DNA of 64,000 nucleotides, taken from contig NC_091471.1 in assembly GCF_036971445.1 (NCBI RefSeq), forward strand, positions 151,528,001 to 151,592,000. Direction: 5' to 3'. The notes beneath the pieces were generated by a model. The model did no database searches. It had not been told where the DNA came from and saw nothing but the letters and a program-made list of their open reading frames with translations. The stretch is from Narcine bancroftii (Eukaryota). Below, piece by piece: positions 25,205 to 37,582 of the stretch (its first letter is position 1; every line of letters begins with the position of its first letter). The position numbers were made by a program, and so were the translations under genes.

Positions 25205-26528
25205 CTATTGTAAAATGGTGCAGAAATCCTTCCTCTATGATACATGTGGAGTGAATAACACAGTGAGATGTAATTGTCATGTGATTATAAATGTGCAATA
25301 TTACACAGAATTTGCTTTAGTCTGCCATAAGGCAGACGGATTAACCTTCGGCAGAAATTTCCTAAAGTGCCTCTTACAATTAGAGAAAAAAAAGGAAAAG
25401 AGAGTCCCCTCAGAGCCGCAAGATCACAAGATATAAGAGCAGAAGTAGGCCAATCTGCCCATTGGGTCTGCTCTGCCATTTAATCATGAGTTGATCCTTA
25501 ACCCTCATCCCACTCCCCAGCCTTCACCCAGTAAACCTTGATGTCCTGTCTAATCAAATACCTGTCAATCTCTGTCTTAAAAGCACCCAATTATCTCGCT
25601 TCTGCTGTGGCAACAAGTTCCACAGACTAACTAGACTCTGGCTAAAGAAATTTATCCATATTTTTATTTTAAATTGATGCCTTTTTATCCTGAATTGTGG
25701 TCTCTTGTTAAAGACTCCCTACCGTGGGAAATAACTATGTCACATCTTCTCTGTCTAGGCCTATCAGCATTTGAAATGTATTTATGAGGGCCCCCTTGTC
25801 CTTCTGTATTCAAATGCGTAGAGTTCAAGAGCCATGAAAAGTTCATCATATGCAAACTCTTTCATTTTTGGTACCATTCTAGTAAATCTTCTCTGAACCT
25901 TCTCCAATGCTACCACATCCTTTCTCAAATAAGGTGCCAAAAACTGTACACAATACTCCATGAAGTCTTCCCACTGCCCTTTAGCATCTCTTCATTACAT
26001 CCCTGTTCATGTATGCTGTCCCTCAAGAAATGAATGCCAATGTTGTATATTCTTTCTTCACTGCCAATTCAACCTGGAGTCCTACAAAGGGCTCCCAAGT
26101 CACTTTGCACCTCCTGCCTATTTCTTGTGCCAAAGTTTATGACTGTACACTTCAAAACATTATAGTTCATTTGCCATCTCTTTGCCCATTTTTGTAATCT
26201 ATCCAAGTCTCTCTGCAGCCTTTCCATGTCCTCAGCACCCTGAGCTCTCGCACCTATTTTGGTGTAATCTGCAAATTTAGCTGCAAAGCTATTTATTCCA
26301 TTATCCAAATCATTTATATACAATGTAAAAGAAGCAACCCCAACACAGATCCCTACAGAACACTACTAGTAGCAGGCAACTAAACCATATAGAATCCTTT
26401 TAATCCCACTCTCTGTTTCCTGCCTATGAACCAATGCCCTACCCATGCTAGTATCTTTCCTGTAATTCCATGAGCTCTAATCTTGGTAAGCAGCCTCATA
26501 TGTGACACCTCATCGAAGACTTTTCGAA

Positions 26529-28910
26529 TGCCTTCCGGACTATTGTGGAAGACTTCAATCAGATCAACCTGAAGAAGTCTCTGAGAAACCTCCACCAGCA
26601 TGTCACATGTGAGACCAGGGGAACCAGCTCAATTGACCACTGATGCACCACCATGAAAAACACATAGCAATACATACCACGACCACACTTTGGCAAGCCT
26701 GATCACCTGGATGTACTTCTACCCTCAGAATACAAACAGAAACTGAAGACCACAGCACCAGTGGTGAAGATGGCGAAAGTATGGTCAAGGGATACAGAGG
26801 AGCGTCTGCAGGACTGCTTTGAATTGGTGAACTGGAACATTTTTAATAACTTATCCATAGACTTTAATGAATATGCAATAGGTGTTAGTGACTTCATCAA
26901 GACCTGAGTAGATGAGTGTGTGCCCATGCACAAATACTGGGTGTTTCCCAACTAGAAGCCCTGGATGAATCAGAGAATCTTCAACCTACTGAGGATGAGA
27001 ATAAGGGTGTTTAAGTTCAGGGATTGAGATCTTTACGAGAAGCCCAGGTATGACCTACAGAAAGCCATTTCTGAAGTGGCAATTCTTGAGGAAGCTAGAG
27101 ACAAAGACAGATGCATGCCAGTTATGGCAGGGAGTGAAGGCCATTACAGCCTACAAAGCGAGGGCGAACAATATTGGCTGTGATGGTTCGCTACCCAATG
27201 AACTGAACACCTTCTATGTCAGCTTTGAGAAGAAGAACAAACAGTCCCTACTAGAATCTCTGAAAAGGCTGAGGACCCTGTGATATCTGTCACTCAGAAC
27301 ATCATTCAAGAGGGTGAACCCTTGCAAGGCATCAGGCCCTGGACAGCGTACCTGGCAGGCTACTGAAAATCTATGCCAGCCAACTAGCTGGAGTGTTCAC
27401 GGACATTTTCAACCTCAGAGATTCCCACAAGTTTCAAAAGCGCATCAATCATCCCAGTACCCAAGAAGAGTAGCTTGAGCTGCCTCAATACCACCCAGTA
27501 GCACAAACTTCTACTGTGATGAAATGCTTTGGGAGGCTAGTCATGGCCAGAATTAACATGTACCTAAGTAAAGATCTGGACCTACTGCAAATCACCTATC
27601 GTCACATTCGCTCCATGGCAGATACAATATCTTTGGCTCTCGCCTCAACTTTGGATCACCTCGAAAACAGCAATTCATGCATACGGCTGCTCTTCATAGA
27701 CTAAAGCTTGGCCTTCAATACCATTATTCCCTCCATACTGGTCATGAAGTTACAAACTCTAGGCTCTGTACCACATTCTGCAACTGGATCCTTGACTTTC
27801 TCATTGGAAGGTCACAGTCAGAATTAATTGGAAAAAAACATCTCCTCCTCACTAATGATCAACACAGGTGTACCTCAAGGATACATGCTTAACCCACTGC
27901 TCTAATTGTTATACACCCATGACTGGGTGGCCAGGCACAATTCCAATGCCATTTCCAAGTTTGCTGATGACACCACAGTTGTTAGGAGAATCATAAATGG
28001 CAATGAGGAAGCGTACAGGAGGGAGAGAGATCAGCTCATTGAATGTTGTAATAACAACAACTTTGCGCTCAATGTCAGCAAAACCAAGATTGTGGACTTC
28101 AGGATGAAATCAGGGGAATATGGCCTATATTGAGAGCTCACTAGTGGAGAGAGTCAAAAACTTCAGAGTCCTGGTGTCAATATCTCCAAGGATCTGCCCT
28201 GGAGCCTCCACATTGATGGAATCGCAAAGAAGTCTCACCAGTGGCTATACTTGGTAAGGTATCTGAGGAGATTCGGTATGTCACCGAAGACTCTCGTAAA
28301 CTTCTACAGATGTACGATGGGATGGTTACATCACTGCCTGGTATGGAGGCATCAACTGTCAGGACAAGAATAAACACCGGAAGGTTGTTAACTCAGCCTG
28401 TGACATCACAGGCACCAGACTTCACTCCATTGAGGACAGCTGTATGAGGCAATGTCTTAAAAAAGCAAATTCCTTCCACAAAGACTCCCCCTACATAAGC
28501 TATGCCCTCTTAATTCTGCCACCATTGTGAAAAAGATATAGGAGCCTAAAAATGAGCACTATTGCACAAGGACAGCTTCATCCCCGCAGCCATCAGATTC
28601 CTGAATAATCAATGAACCAAGGACACTGCCCTACTTTTCGGGCACGATTATTGTTGAATTGGTGGACTGGAACATTTTTAATAACTTATCCATAGACTTT
28701 AATGAATATGCAATAGGTGTTAGTGACTTCATCAAGACCTGAGTAGATGAATGTGTGCCCATGCACAAATATTGGGTGTTTCCCAACCAGAAGCCCTGGA
28801 TTATATATAGTAATATCATAAGATGTTTATAATATGAATGTTTGCACAATGACGCTGCTGCAAAACACCATATTTCATGACTTGTTCATGACAATAAATC
28901 CTGTTTCTGA
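26529..28910 (+). mobile_element. Rex1/Babar LINE, 5'-truncated and decayed
   Basis: MKCFGRLV, IRLLFID, CNWILDFL, KFADDTTVV, LNVSKTK. Tail catgacaataaa..ctga. Confidence 0.88.
28654..28801 (+). repeat. Direct duplicate of 26819-26966
   Basis: 148 bp with 4 mismatches, all transitions. Confidence 0.95.
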
Positions 28911-29728
28911 TTTTGAAGTCCAAGTACACAACATCAACTGTGTATCCTCTGTCTATCCTGTTTGTTAACTCCTCAAAAAAAAATTGTAGGTTTATCAGGC
29001 ATAATTTTCCTTTAAGGAAACCATGCTGACTTGGACCTATCTTGAAATGCTCCTCTAGGTCCTCTGTAACCTCAATTTTGACAATTGGTTCCAACATCTT
29101 TCCAACCTCTGACATCAGACCAAAAGGTCTATGGTTTCCTTTCTGCTGCCCTCCTTCCTTTCTTAAACAGTGGAATGGCATTTGCAATTCTGTGGAAACA
29201 TGCCAGAATCTATTGATTCCTGGAAGATCATTATCAATGCCTCCACAATCTCAGCAGCAACCCCGTACAGAATTCGAGGGTGCATTCCATCTGGTGCGGG
29301 AGACCTTTATACTCTTAGACCATTTAGCTTCCTAAGGATCTTCTCTTTCGTGATCTTGAGAGAAGTAATTGAGTGTTTGTGGATTCAGAAGAGTAGTTCA
29401 GTGCTTAATGATTTATTAAATAATGTGTTCAACAAATACAATAGAAACTCAAATATTTCATGGATGTATTGTTTAAAGAAGGAACATTAGCGACATTGTT
29501 CTATTGCAAATAGAATGTATTGATTGATGGTATAACAAATGTATTGATGTGGTGACACAATAAACGTAAAGATAGTTATGTTCAAATTGCACTGTACTTA
29601 CTATATACATTTTTATGAATGAAATCTATTTTGAAATAAATAAAACACAATAGAGACAACCTTCTATTCACTTAGGTTTCTTTGCTTTGTTTTTCTTCTC
29701 TTTGGATGATTCTGGAGGGCAATTGTAC

Positions 29729-29830
29729 CTTAGAAATGCCGTATTCAATTCCAGGAAAAGAGGCTAAAGTTGGAGCCAAAAAATGTCATCCAAATACAAT
29801 CCAGAAATGGCATTGATGGTACTTGAGATG
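29729..29830 (-). pseudogene. Candidate exon (ISSTINAISGLYLDDIF / PTLASFPGIEYGISK)
   Basis: Acceptor atttttttag| at 29830, donor aag|gtacaa at 29729. Frameshifted. Confidence 0.5.
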
Positions 29831-30031
29831 CTAAAAAAATAAACCTTATTTGCCCAGAGTAACACAGCACAGTAGTTAAGAGATCAAACAACAACCAAGA
29901 GAATTGTTAATAAGATAATGACTCATGCTCCAGCAAGCATCTGGATGGATTAAAGAATGAAATGTCAGTATTAAGTGCATTGGTGTCATGTTGAATTATG
30001 CACTTCAATACAAGAGTTGAAATTAAGAGCA

Positions 30032-30255
30032 ATTTAGACATACAACATGGTAACAGGCCCTTTCAGCCCACGAGCCCGTGTCACCTAATTACATTGAATT
30101 GATCTACACCCTGTGAGAGGAAACTGAAGTATATGGAGAAGACCCACACAAACACGGGGAGAATTTAAAATCACCTTACAGAGAGTGCCGGATTTTAACC
30201 GTGATTGTTGCTGTTGTAACAGAGTTGTGCTAACTGCTACGCTAAATATGCCGCC
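30032..30255 (-). mobile_element. tRNA-derived V-SINE (HE1-like)
   Basis: Minus strand starts ggcggcatatttagcgtagcagttagc (A-box-like), has a central conserved core and a CR1-like tail. Plus-strand relatives near 39170-39360, 53870-54060 and 59445-59670. Confidence 0.7.
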
Positions 30256-30605
30256 TCAATAATGTATTATATTGTGACTTCACTGGGGCCAGACCAACTT
30301 TTACAAAAATTACTAAATGCCAAACTCTACAATAAGAGTTATAAGAGTATGACGATAGATCTGGGGATAGAAATTCACTACATAGTGCATTTTCCATAGA
30401 CTATTTCAGTGAATGAAAGAACAAAATCAATCATGAAATCGAAGTGATATTTTCTAATGATACGTAATCACAATGTGAAGGAATGGATCATCGTTACTAG
30501 GTGCACAGTTGTAAAGTCAATTGGCAACAATGAGCAGGCTACACTGCAGGGTTTTAAATGGAAATGTAGGCCTTGACAAAAATGTATCAGGGTGCTTGGG
30601 CATCC

Positions 30606-30722
30606 TTTTTTTTATTTTTTTTATTTTTCACACTGTGAACCATACTGACCAAAATACACACAAATATTTCCCTCTTGAATATACACAGTGTCATTTTCTC
30701 CCCTTCCCCCCCCACCCCCCGC
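30606..30722 (-). mobile_element. Very short L1 3'-UTR and tail insertion
   Basis: Matches 31795-31915 and the reverse complement of 480-590. Confidence 0.85.
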
Positions 30723-31794
30723 CTCTTTCTTTTGAAGGCAGTCTTAAATTAAGAAATTGTCCATTCAGGCCAATGGTATGAGAAGAGAGTAATTATTATT
30801 TGAATTTTTCTACTGAAGTGGATTAACTGCTAAGTATATTTAAGAGAGAGAGCGTTAGATATTTCGATATTGAAGTAATTATTGATTTGAATGAATTGTC
30901 TATTATCATGTGTACCAAGATGCAGTGAAATGTGTTGTTTTGAAAGCTATCCAGGCAGCAGTAGCGTAATAATAAACCAAAAGTACAGGGTGAGGTGTTG
31001 CATTACATCTAAGAGTGCATGTTATAGTGTCACTATGACAAAAGGGTAAGATTTGTAGAAAAATACAGTTAAACAGCACAGACACATCATCTTTTTAACA
31101 ATGAGAGGTCCATTCAAGTGTCTGATAAGAACAGGAAAGAAACAAGCTTATGCATCTTGATGTTGAGGGTGGGGGAGGGGTGTTACAGAAGGGAGTGTGA
31201 AATGTGGGGTCAGTTGTATTGAAGTAAAAGATTGAGGACTTTGCTTTGAATGGGGGCAGGTAGGAGAGGCTGCTTCAGTTTCCCATGCTCTTACCAGAAT
31301 GCCTGTTGGGAAGCCTGCGTCTGAAAATGACTGTGAAATATTCATTGATGTTTTCCGCAGATGACCACCTCTAATGCCATGATGTACAAATGTCCATCAG
31401 AAAATAGAAGGACCTGCTTCAATATTCCTTCATGGTCAGATCCATTGATATCACCCCACTCCCACAAGAAGCAGTTCCAATTGGAGATAATCCTTTAACC
31501 ATTCACACTGTGGCAGACGATGTTGATTACTTGCTGCTTTCCACATAACTAGTGAAATATACAGGCCCATAAACATTCTAAGCCTGTAGAGTATATTACA
31601 CCACAGTCCTGGACAAAATTATAACAAGCCCCTAATGCATGATCATTATGAGGGGGTTTTCTGTCTAATTTTTAAGTGTTGCCATCAAAATATTTTTAAC
31701 CTATTTTATCTTTGTTTTCTTTTCATTTTTGAATTGAAATTCAAGTTCATTGTGATAACCCAGGATAACTTTTTTTTCAAAACGTTTGCTTCTT

Positions 31795-33860
31795 TTTTTA
31801 ATTTTTCACACTATGATCCATATTAATCAAAATACACACAATTTCCCTCTTGAGTATACACAGTGTCATTTTCTCCCCTTTTCCCCCCTCCCTTCCCTCC
31901 CTCCTTCCCACCCCCCTCCAAACCCATTAAACATTCAACATATACAATACAATAACCTATTAAACAATGTCATCACACAATGAAAATAAGAAAATTGTGT
32001 CATCTACTTTTACACACTGGGTCAGTTCATTTCATCTTTTTCTCATTCTATCATTTTAGGGGGTGGAGGTTGGCCGTCTCTGTTGTGTTCCATGTATGGT
32101 TCCCAAATTTGTTCAAATAATGTGACTTTATTTTTTAAATTATATGTTTTTTTTTCCAATGGAATACATGTATTCATTTCCATGTACCATTGTTGTACTC
32201 TCAGGCCCTCTTTTGATTTCCAAGTTGGCATTATACATTTTTTTGCTACAGCTAAGGCTATCATAATAAATCTTTTATACGGTTCATCCAGCTTAAGGCC
32301 TAATTCTTTACTTCATATATAACTTAGAAGAAAGATCTCTGGATTTTTTGGTATGTTGCTTTTTGTGATTTTATTTAATATCTTATTTAGATCTTCCCAA
32401 AACTTTTTCACTTTCTCACATGTCCAAATTGCATGTACTATTGTTCCCATTTCCTTCTTACAGCGAAAACATCTATCTGATTCTGTTGGATCCCATTTAT
32501 TTAACTTTTGGGGCGTGATATATAGCCTGTGTAACCAACTATATTGTATCATGTGTAACCTGGTATTTATTATATTTCTCATAATTCCAGAGCATAACTT
32601 TTCCCATATTTTATTTTTTATCTTTATGTTTAGATCTTTTTTTCCCACATTTGTTTGGGTTTATAGCTTATTTCATCATTTTCTTTCTCTTTCAGATTGA
32701 TGTACATGTGTTTTATAAATCTTTTAATTATCAGTGTGTCTGCAATCACATATTCCAAGCTACTACCTTCTGGTAATCTCAGTCTGCTTCCCAATTTGTC
32801 CTTTAAGTAGGTTTTCAGTTGGTGGTATGCAAACATTGTACCATATTTGTACATCATTTGTTCAAATGATAATAAATTATTTCCCAAAAAACAACTTTCT
32901 ATTCTTTTAATTCCTTTTCTCTCCCTTTCTCTAAAGGAAAGGTTATCTATTGTGAAAGGGATTAGTTGATTTTTCATCAATAATAATCTATCTCCCTCAC
33001 TGTTCGCTTTAGCAATAGAACCATTGGCAGAATTGATAAGAGCAGAAAATAAAATAAAAGGGATAAAAATAAAAGAGAAGGAATATAAAATCAGTCTATT
33101 TCAGATGATGTCATAGTATACTTAACAGAACCAGAATTATCAATAAAAAAATACATAAGAAATTGAAGGAATATGGAGAAATATTGGGGTACAAGATCAA
33201 CGCAAATAAAAGTGAAGCAATGCCAATGAATAATGTGGAATGCACAAAGTTTAAAAAAGAATCACCATTTAAATGGCAAACACAAGCAATCTGATACCTA
33301 GGTATTAGACTAGATAATAATCCAGGCCAGCTATACAAATTAAATTATCAGCCATTAATGAAGAAATTACAAGATGACTTAGAACATTGGAAAGATTTAC
33401 CACTAACACTGATAGGAATGGTAAATTGCATTAAAATGAACATCTTCCCCAGGATACGATACCTATTTCAATCATTACCAATTCCCTTAACAGAGAAATT
33501 CTTCAATGACCTAAAGAGAATAATAAGGAAATTCTTATGGAAAGGGCAGAAACCAAGGATGGCACTAGATAAATTAACAGAATGGTACTAACAAGATGGT
33601 TTGCAGCTACCAAACTTTAAAAATTATTATAGAGCAGCACAATTAAGATATCTATCAGATTTTTATCAAACAAGGGAAAAAACAGATTGGACCAAGATAG
33701 AGCTAGATAAAATAGGGGAGAAGGTACCAGAACATACACATTATAAGTGGGATGAAAAACTGGTGCAATATAGAAGTTCACCAGTACTGCACCATCTGCT
33801 CAACATTTGGAAGAAGATTCACATAGAAAGGAAAAATAAATAAATTACCAACTACCAAAA
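31795..33860 (-). mobile_element. L1 with a 5' inversion: 3' part on minus (31795-32987), upstream part on plus (32988-33860)
   Basis: Plus part LSPSLFALAIEPL...NYQLPK joins minus part LLLMKNQLIPF with no gap. ~17-bp TSD at 31778-31794 and 33856-33872 (2 mismatches). Confidence 0.92.
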
Positions 33861-34595
33861 CATTTGCTCCTTGAAAGCAAAATTGTGAATTATGATAGAC
33901 AACTTCAACCTGAACACAAAGATAATTTCAGATTTGCTGTACTATTAAAGAATTTGGAGACACAGTAAATTAACTTTTTTTGACAGTAAATTAACTTTTA
34001 TTGAATTTATCATATTTATTTGCATAATGATGCTGACACATTATATGAGTTCAACTCATATAATGCCACTCATTTTCACTTGTACTCAGCATCTGATGCC
34101 TCTTGTGTCAGTGTCCAACAATTGTCGGCCAGAATTGATGCATTCCAATTACCATGATCCCACTTTTCCATGGTGGCAATTTCATGCTAAAATTTTTTAC
34201 CATGTTCATTACTGACTGCACAAGATCAGCAGTAAAGCATCCAAGTGCAAATGCAGAAAATGAATTTTCAATGACATGTTGCACTTCACGGTTTTATACG
34301 CTTGAAGCAGACTTAAAATTGGACAGGAAATCACAAAAATAGGTTATATCTGAAAAAAGATACATGATAGGAAAATTTTAAGGTGATTTTCGTGATCAGC
34401 AGTCCAAAATCCATAAATTATACCCCAAAATGTTTAGAAAGCAAAATCTTGGTTGTCCTGTGTAATCTATTCTGCAATTGTTATTCATTATGTGATACTA
34501 ACTCCTCTACAGCTATTAAATAAGTAGTTCCCAAGGTATTGTAGCACAGGTGATGTGAGTCTGGAACAAATGCATTACTGTCATATCTATCAAAC

Positions 34596-35949
34596 CAGTG
34601 GTTCTCAACTTTTATCTTTCCACTCACATACCACTTTAAGTAATTCCTATGCCATCGGTTCTCTGTGATTAGTTAGTTGGTATGTGGGTGGAAAGAAAAA
34701 GTTTGAAAACCATTGTTTTAATTCAGAGCCAGCTCTTCAGCGCTTGACGTCCTGCTTTGCGGAAACTGCCAAAATGTTTGGCCTGGAAGTCAGCCTGAAG
34801 AAAACTGAGGTCCTCCATCAGCCAGCTCCCCACCATGACTACCAGCCCCCCCACATCTCCATCGGGCACACAAAACTCAAAACGGTCAACCAGTTTACCT
34901 ATCTCGGCTGCACCATTTCATCAGATGCAAGGATCGACAATGAGATAGACAACAGACTCGCCAAGGCAAATAGCGCCTTTGGAAGACTACACAAAAGAGT
35001 CTGGAAAAACAACCAACTGAAAAACCTCACAAAGTTAAGCGTATACAGAGCCGTTGTCATACCCACACTCCTGTTCGGCTCCGAATCATGGGTCCTCTAC
35101 CGGCACCACCTACGGCTCCTAGAAAGCTTCCACCAGCGTTGTCTCCGCTCCATCTTCAACATCCATTGGAGCGCTCACACCCCTAACGTCGAGGTACTCG
35201 AGATGGCAGAGGTCGACAGCATCGAGTCCACGCTGCTGAAGATCCAGCTGCGCTGGATGGGTCACGTCTCCAGAATGGAGGACCATCGCCTTCCCAAGAT
35301 CGTATTATATGGCGAGCTCTCCACTGGCCACCGTGACAGAGGTGCACCAAAGAAAAGGTACAAGGACTGCCTAAAGAAATCTCTTGGTGCCTGCCACATT
35401 GACCACCGCCAGTGGGCTGATAACGCCTCAAACCGTGCATCTTGGCGCCTCACAGTTTGGCGGGCAGCAGCCTCCTTTGAAGAAGACCGCAGAGCCTACC
35501 TCACTGACAAAAGGCAAAGGAGGAAAAACCCAACACCCAACCCCAACCAACCAATTTTCCCTTGCAACCGCTGCAATCGTGCCTGCCTGTCCCGCATCGG
35601 ACTGGTCAGCCACAAACGAGCCTGCAGCTGACGTGGACTTTTTTACCCCCTCCATAAATCTTCGTCCGCGAAGCCAAGCCAAAGAAATGTGGGTGGAAAG
35701 AAAAAGTTTGAAAACCATTGTTTTAATTCTACCTAATTGATTCGTTATGTGCACGGTTTCATAACTCCAAAGGAAATGGGCCAATGACAATTTTTCTCAA
35801 GCAAAATATTTCAGTAACAATTGGGTCTCAACCTTCCCTTTTCCTTCACTTACCATCTTAAGCAATCTCTTACTAATCACAGAGCACCAATGGCCTAGGG
35901 ATTACTTAAAGTGGTAAGTGAGTGGAAAGAAAATGGTTGAAAACCACTG
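34596..35949. mobile_element. hAT-Charlie MITE interrupted by an RTE
   Basis: cagtggttc..aaccactg termini. Imperfect 8-bp TSD tatcaaac/aattaaac. Confidence 0.88.
34725..35686 (+). mobile_element. RTE LINE, 5'-truncated, with an uninterrupted ~300-codon ORF ending at 35631
   Basis: RT thumb region through a C-terminal CxxC..H..C motif (CNRCNRACLSRIGLVSHKRAC). Identical 43-bp flanking duplication. Confidence 0.95.
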
Positions 35950-36238
35950 AATTAAACAAGGACAAGTTTTGGTAAAACTCACTTCCTTCCTCCTGCAACA
36001 GTCACATTTTTCTTTAAATACATTTTTTTGGGGATCTGGGGTTTGTTGGTCAATTTAGAAATTCTTTTCCATTTCTGTTGCTCTTGAGAAGGTCACAATC
36101 AGCTGACTATTATTTTTCTGGTGAAAATACTCCCATAATTCGGAAGTTTTGGATTAGACCAATACATTTTATTCGGAAGAGAACCTATAAGTGGGCAGGG
36201 AAGGATTGGGGATGTTCTGACGTGTTACTTCGAGCTAC

Positions 36239-36490
36239 CACTGTTGATGATTTTAGTCAATATTCATTTGGTGGAAATTGTGTCATGCCTTCTTTGGCTT
36301 AGTCTCACTAATTTTTCAGGCTTTACATTTTTGGTTTGAATTTCCCAGTATGGCCTGTGTTGTTTTGATATCTATTGGCCAGGGATAGAATCACAAAATC
36401 ACCTTTAGTCCAGAGAAGAATTGATGGTTTCTTTCTGTGGTGTATAAGAAGAAATAAAAAATATGTTTCTCAGTGCAAATAGGCAGCTTC
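36239..36490 (-). pseudogene. Candidate exon(s) (..FLYTTERNHQF.. ; PYWEIQTKNVKPEKLVRLSQ..)
   Basis: Acceptor ttctatattag| at 36490. Internal structure uncertain. Confidence 0.45.
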
Positions 36491-37216
36491 CTAATATAGA
36501 AGAAGAAGAAGCTCATTAAATAAAGCATCAATTCAATTCTGATTAAATTGTACAACACATTTTTCCTCAATCTAACTGGGGTGAGAATAGTGGATGGAAA
36601 TCTCCTCAAGCATGAAAATGTGCATCAAGACTGGAGGGGAAACATGTTACAGTTTGCTTTGAAAACAGGAGACTAGTTCATTACATATCACAGATTTACA
36701 AACCCTGCCTTTTGACGGTTAACAGTGCCTAAAATCACTTCTTTCAATTGAAGAAAGAATGGTATCACTTCTTTCAATACATCCAAGAGTATCGACAAAA
36801 TTGTCCTGGAGTGATTAATTGGAAGGAAATATAATGTGTGCACTAGGTAGATTACGTTTAAAAATCAGATTTTCAAAGCAACATAATAACACATTATACA
36901 AAAAATGGAGCAACATTATTGGCATTACTTTGTTGTACCTTTCCCACCATTCTGAGATGCCAAATACCTTGGTGATATCTTTTGAGAAAGTAAATAAAGT
37001 TAAATTTTGTTCAGTTCGATCTTTGACAAATACCAGGAGGCAACATGCTGCTATTTTATAACTTGCTAGCAGATTCTGAGTCTGACAAAAAGGTCCACTT
37101 GCTTATTTGGAAATAAATTGCATTCTGCTCAGAGAGCATTTGACCTGCATATGATGGATTCATGTATTTTGAAGAGTACCTATTTCATATATTTTGTCTT
37201 TTTCTTTGACCTAGGC

Positions 37217-37582
37217 CAGTGGTTCACAACCTTTTTCTTTCCACTCACATACCATTTTAAGTAATCCCTATGCTATATGTGCTCTGTGATTAGTAAGGAT
37301 TGCTTAAGGTGATATGTGAGTGGGTAGGGGAGGTTGGGAATCACTGCTCTAGACCCATTTGTTACCAAAATATTTTCCTTGAGAAAAATTGTCATTGGCA
37401 AATTTCCTTTGGAGTTATTAAACCATACACATAATGAGTTAATTAGGTATGATTAAAGCAGTGATTTTCAAACATTTTTTTCCACCCACATACCACCTTA
37501 AGCAATCCTTTACTAATCACAGAGCACCTATGGATTACTTAAAGTGGCATGTGAGTGGAAAGAAAAAGGTTGAGAACCACTG
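37217..37582. mobile_element. hAT-Charlie MITE, complete (366 bp)
   Basis: TIRs cagtggttc/gaaccactg. Perfect 8-bp TSD acctaggc at 37209-37216 and 37583-37590. Confidence 0.95.

Larger units (their letters stand above)
25420..29355 (-). mobile_element. CR1 LINE split by a Rex1 insertion (25420-26528 and 28911-29355)
   Basis: RT motifs SQHGFLKGK, VDVVYLDF | KVFDEVSH are contiguous across the insertion, followed by YINDLD..KFADYTKIG. Confidence 0.9.
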
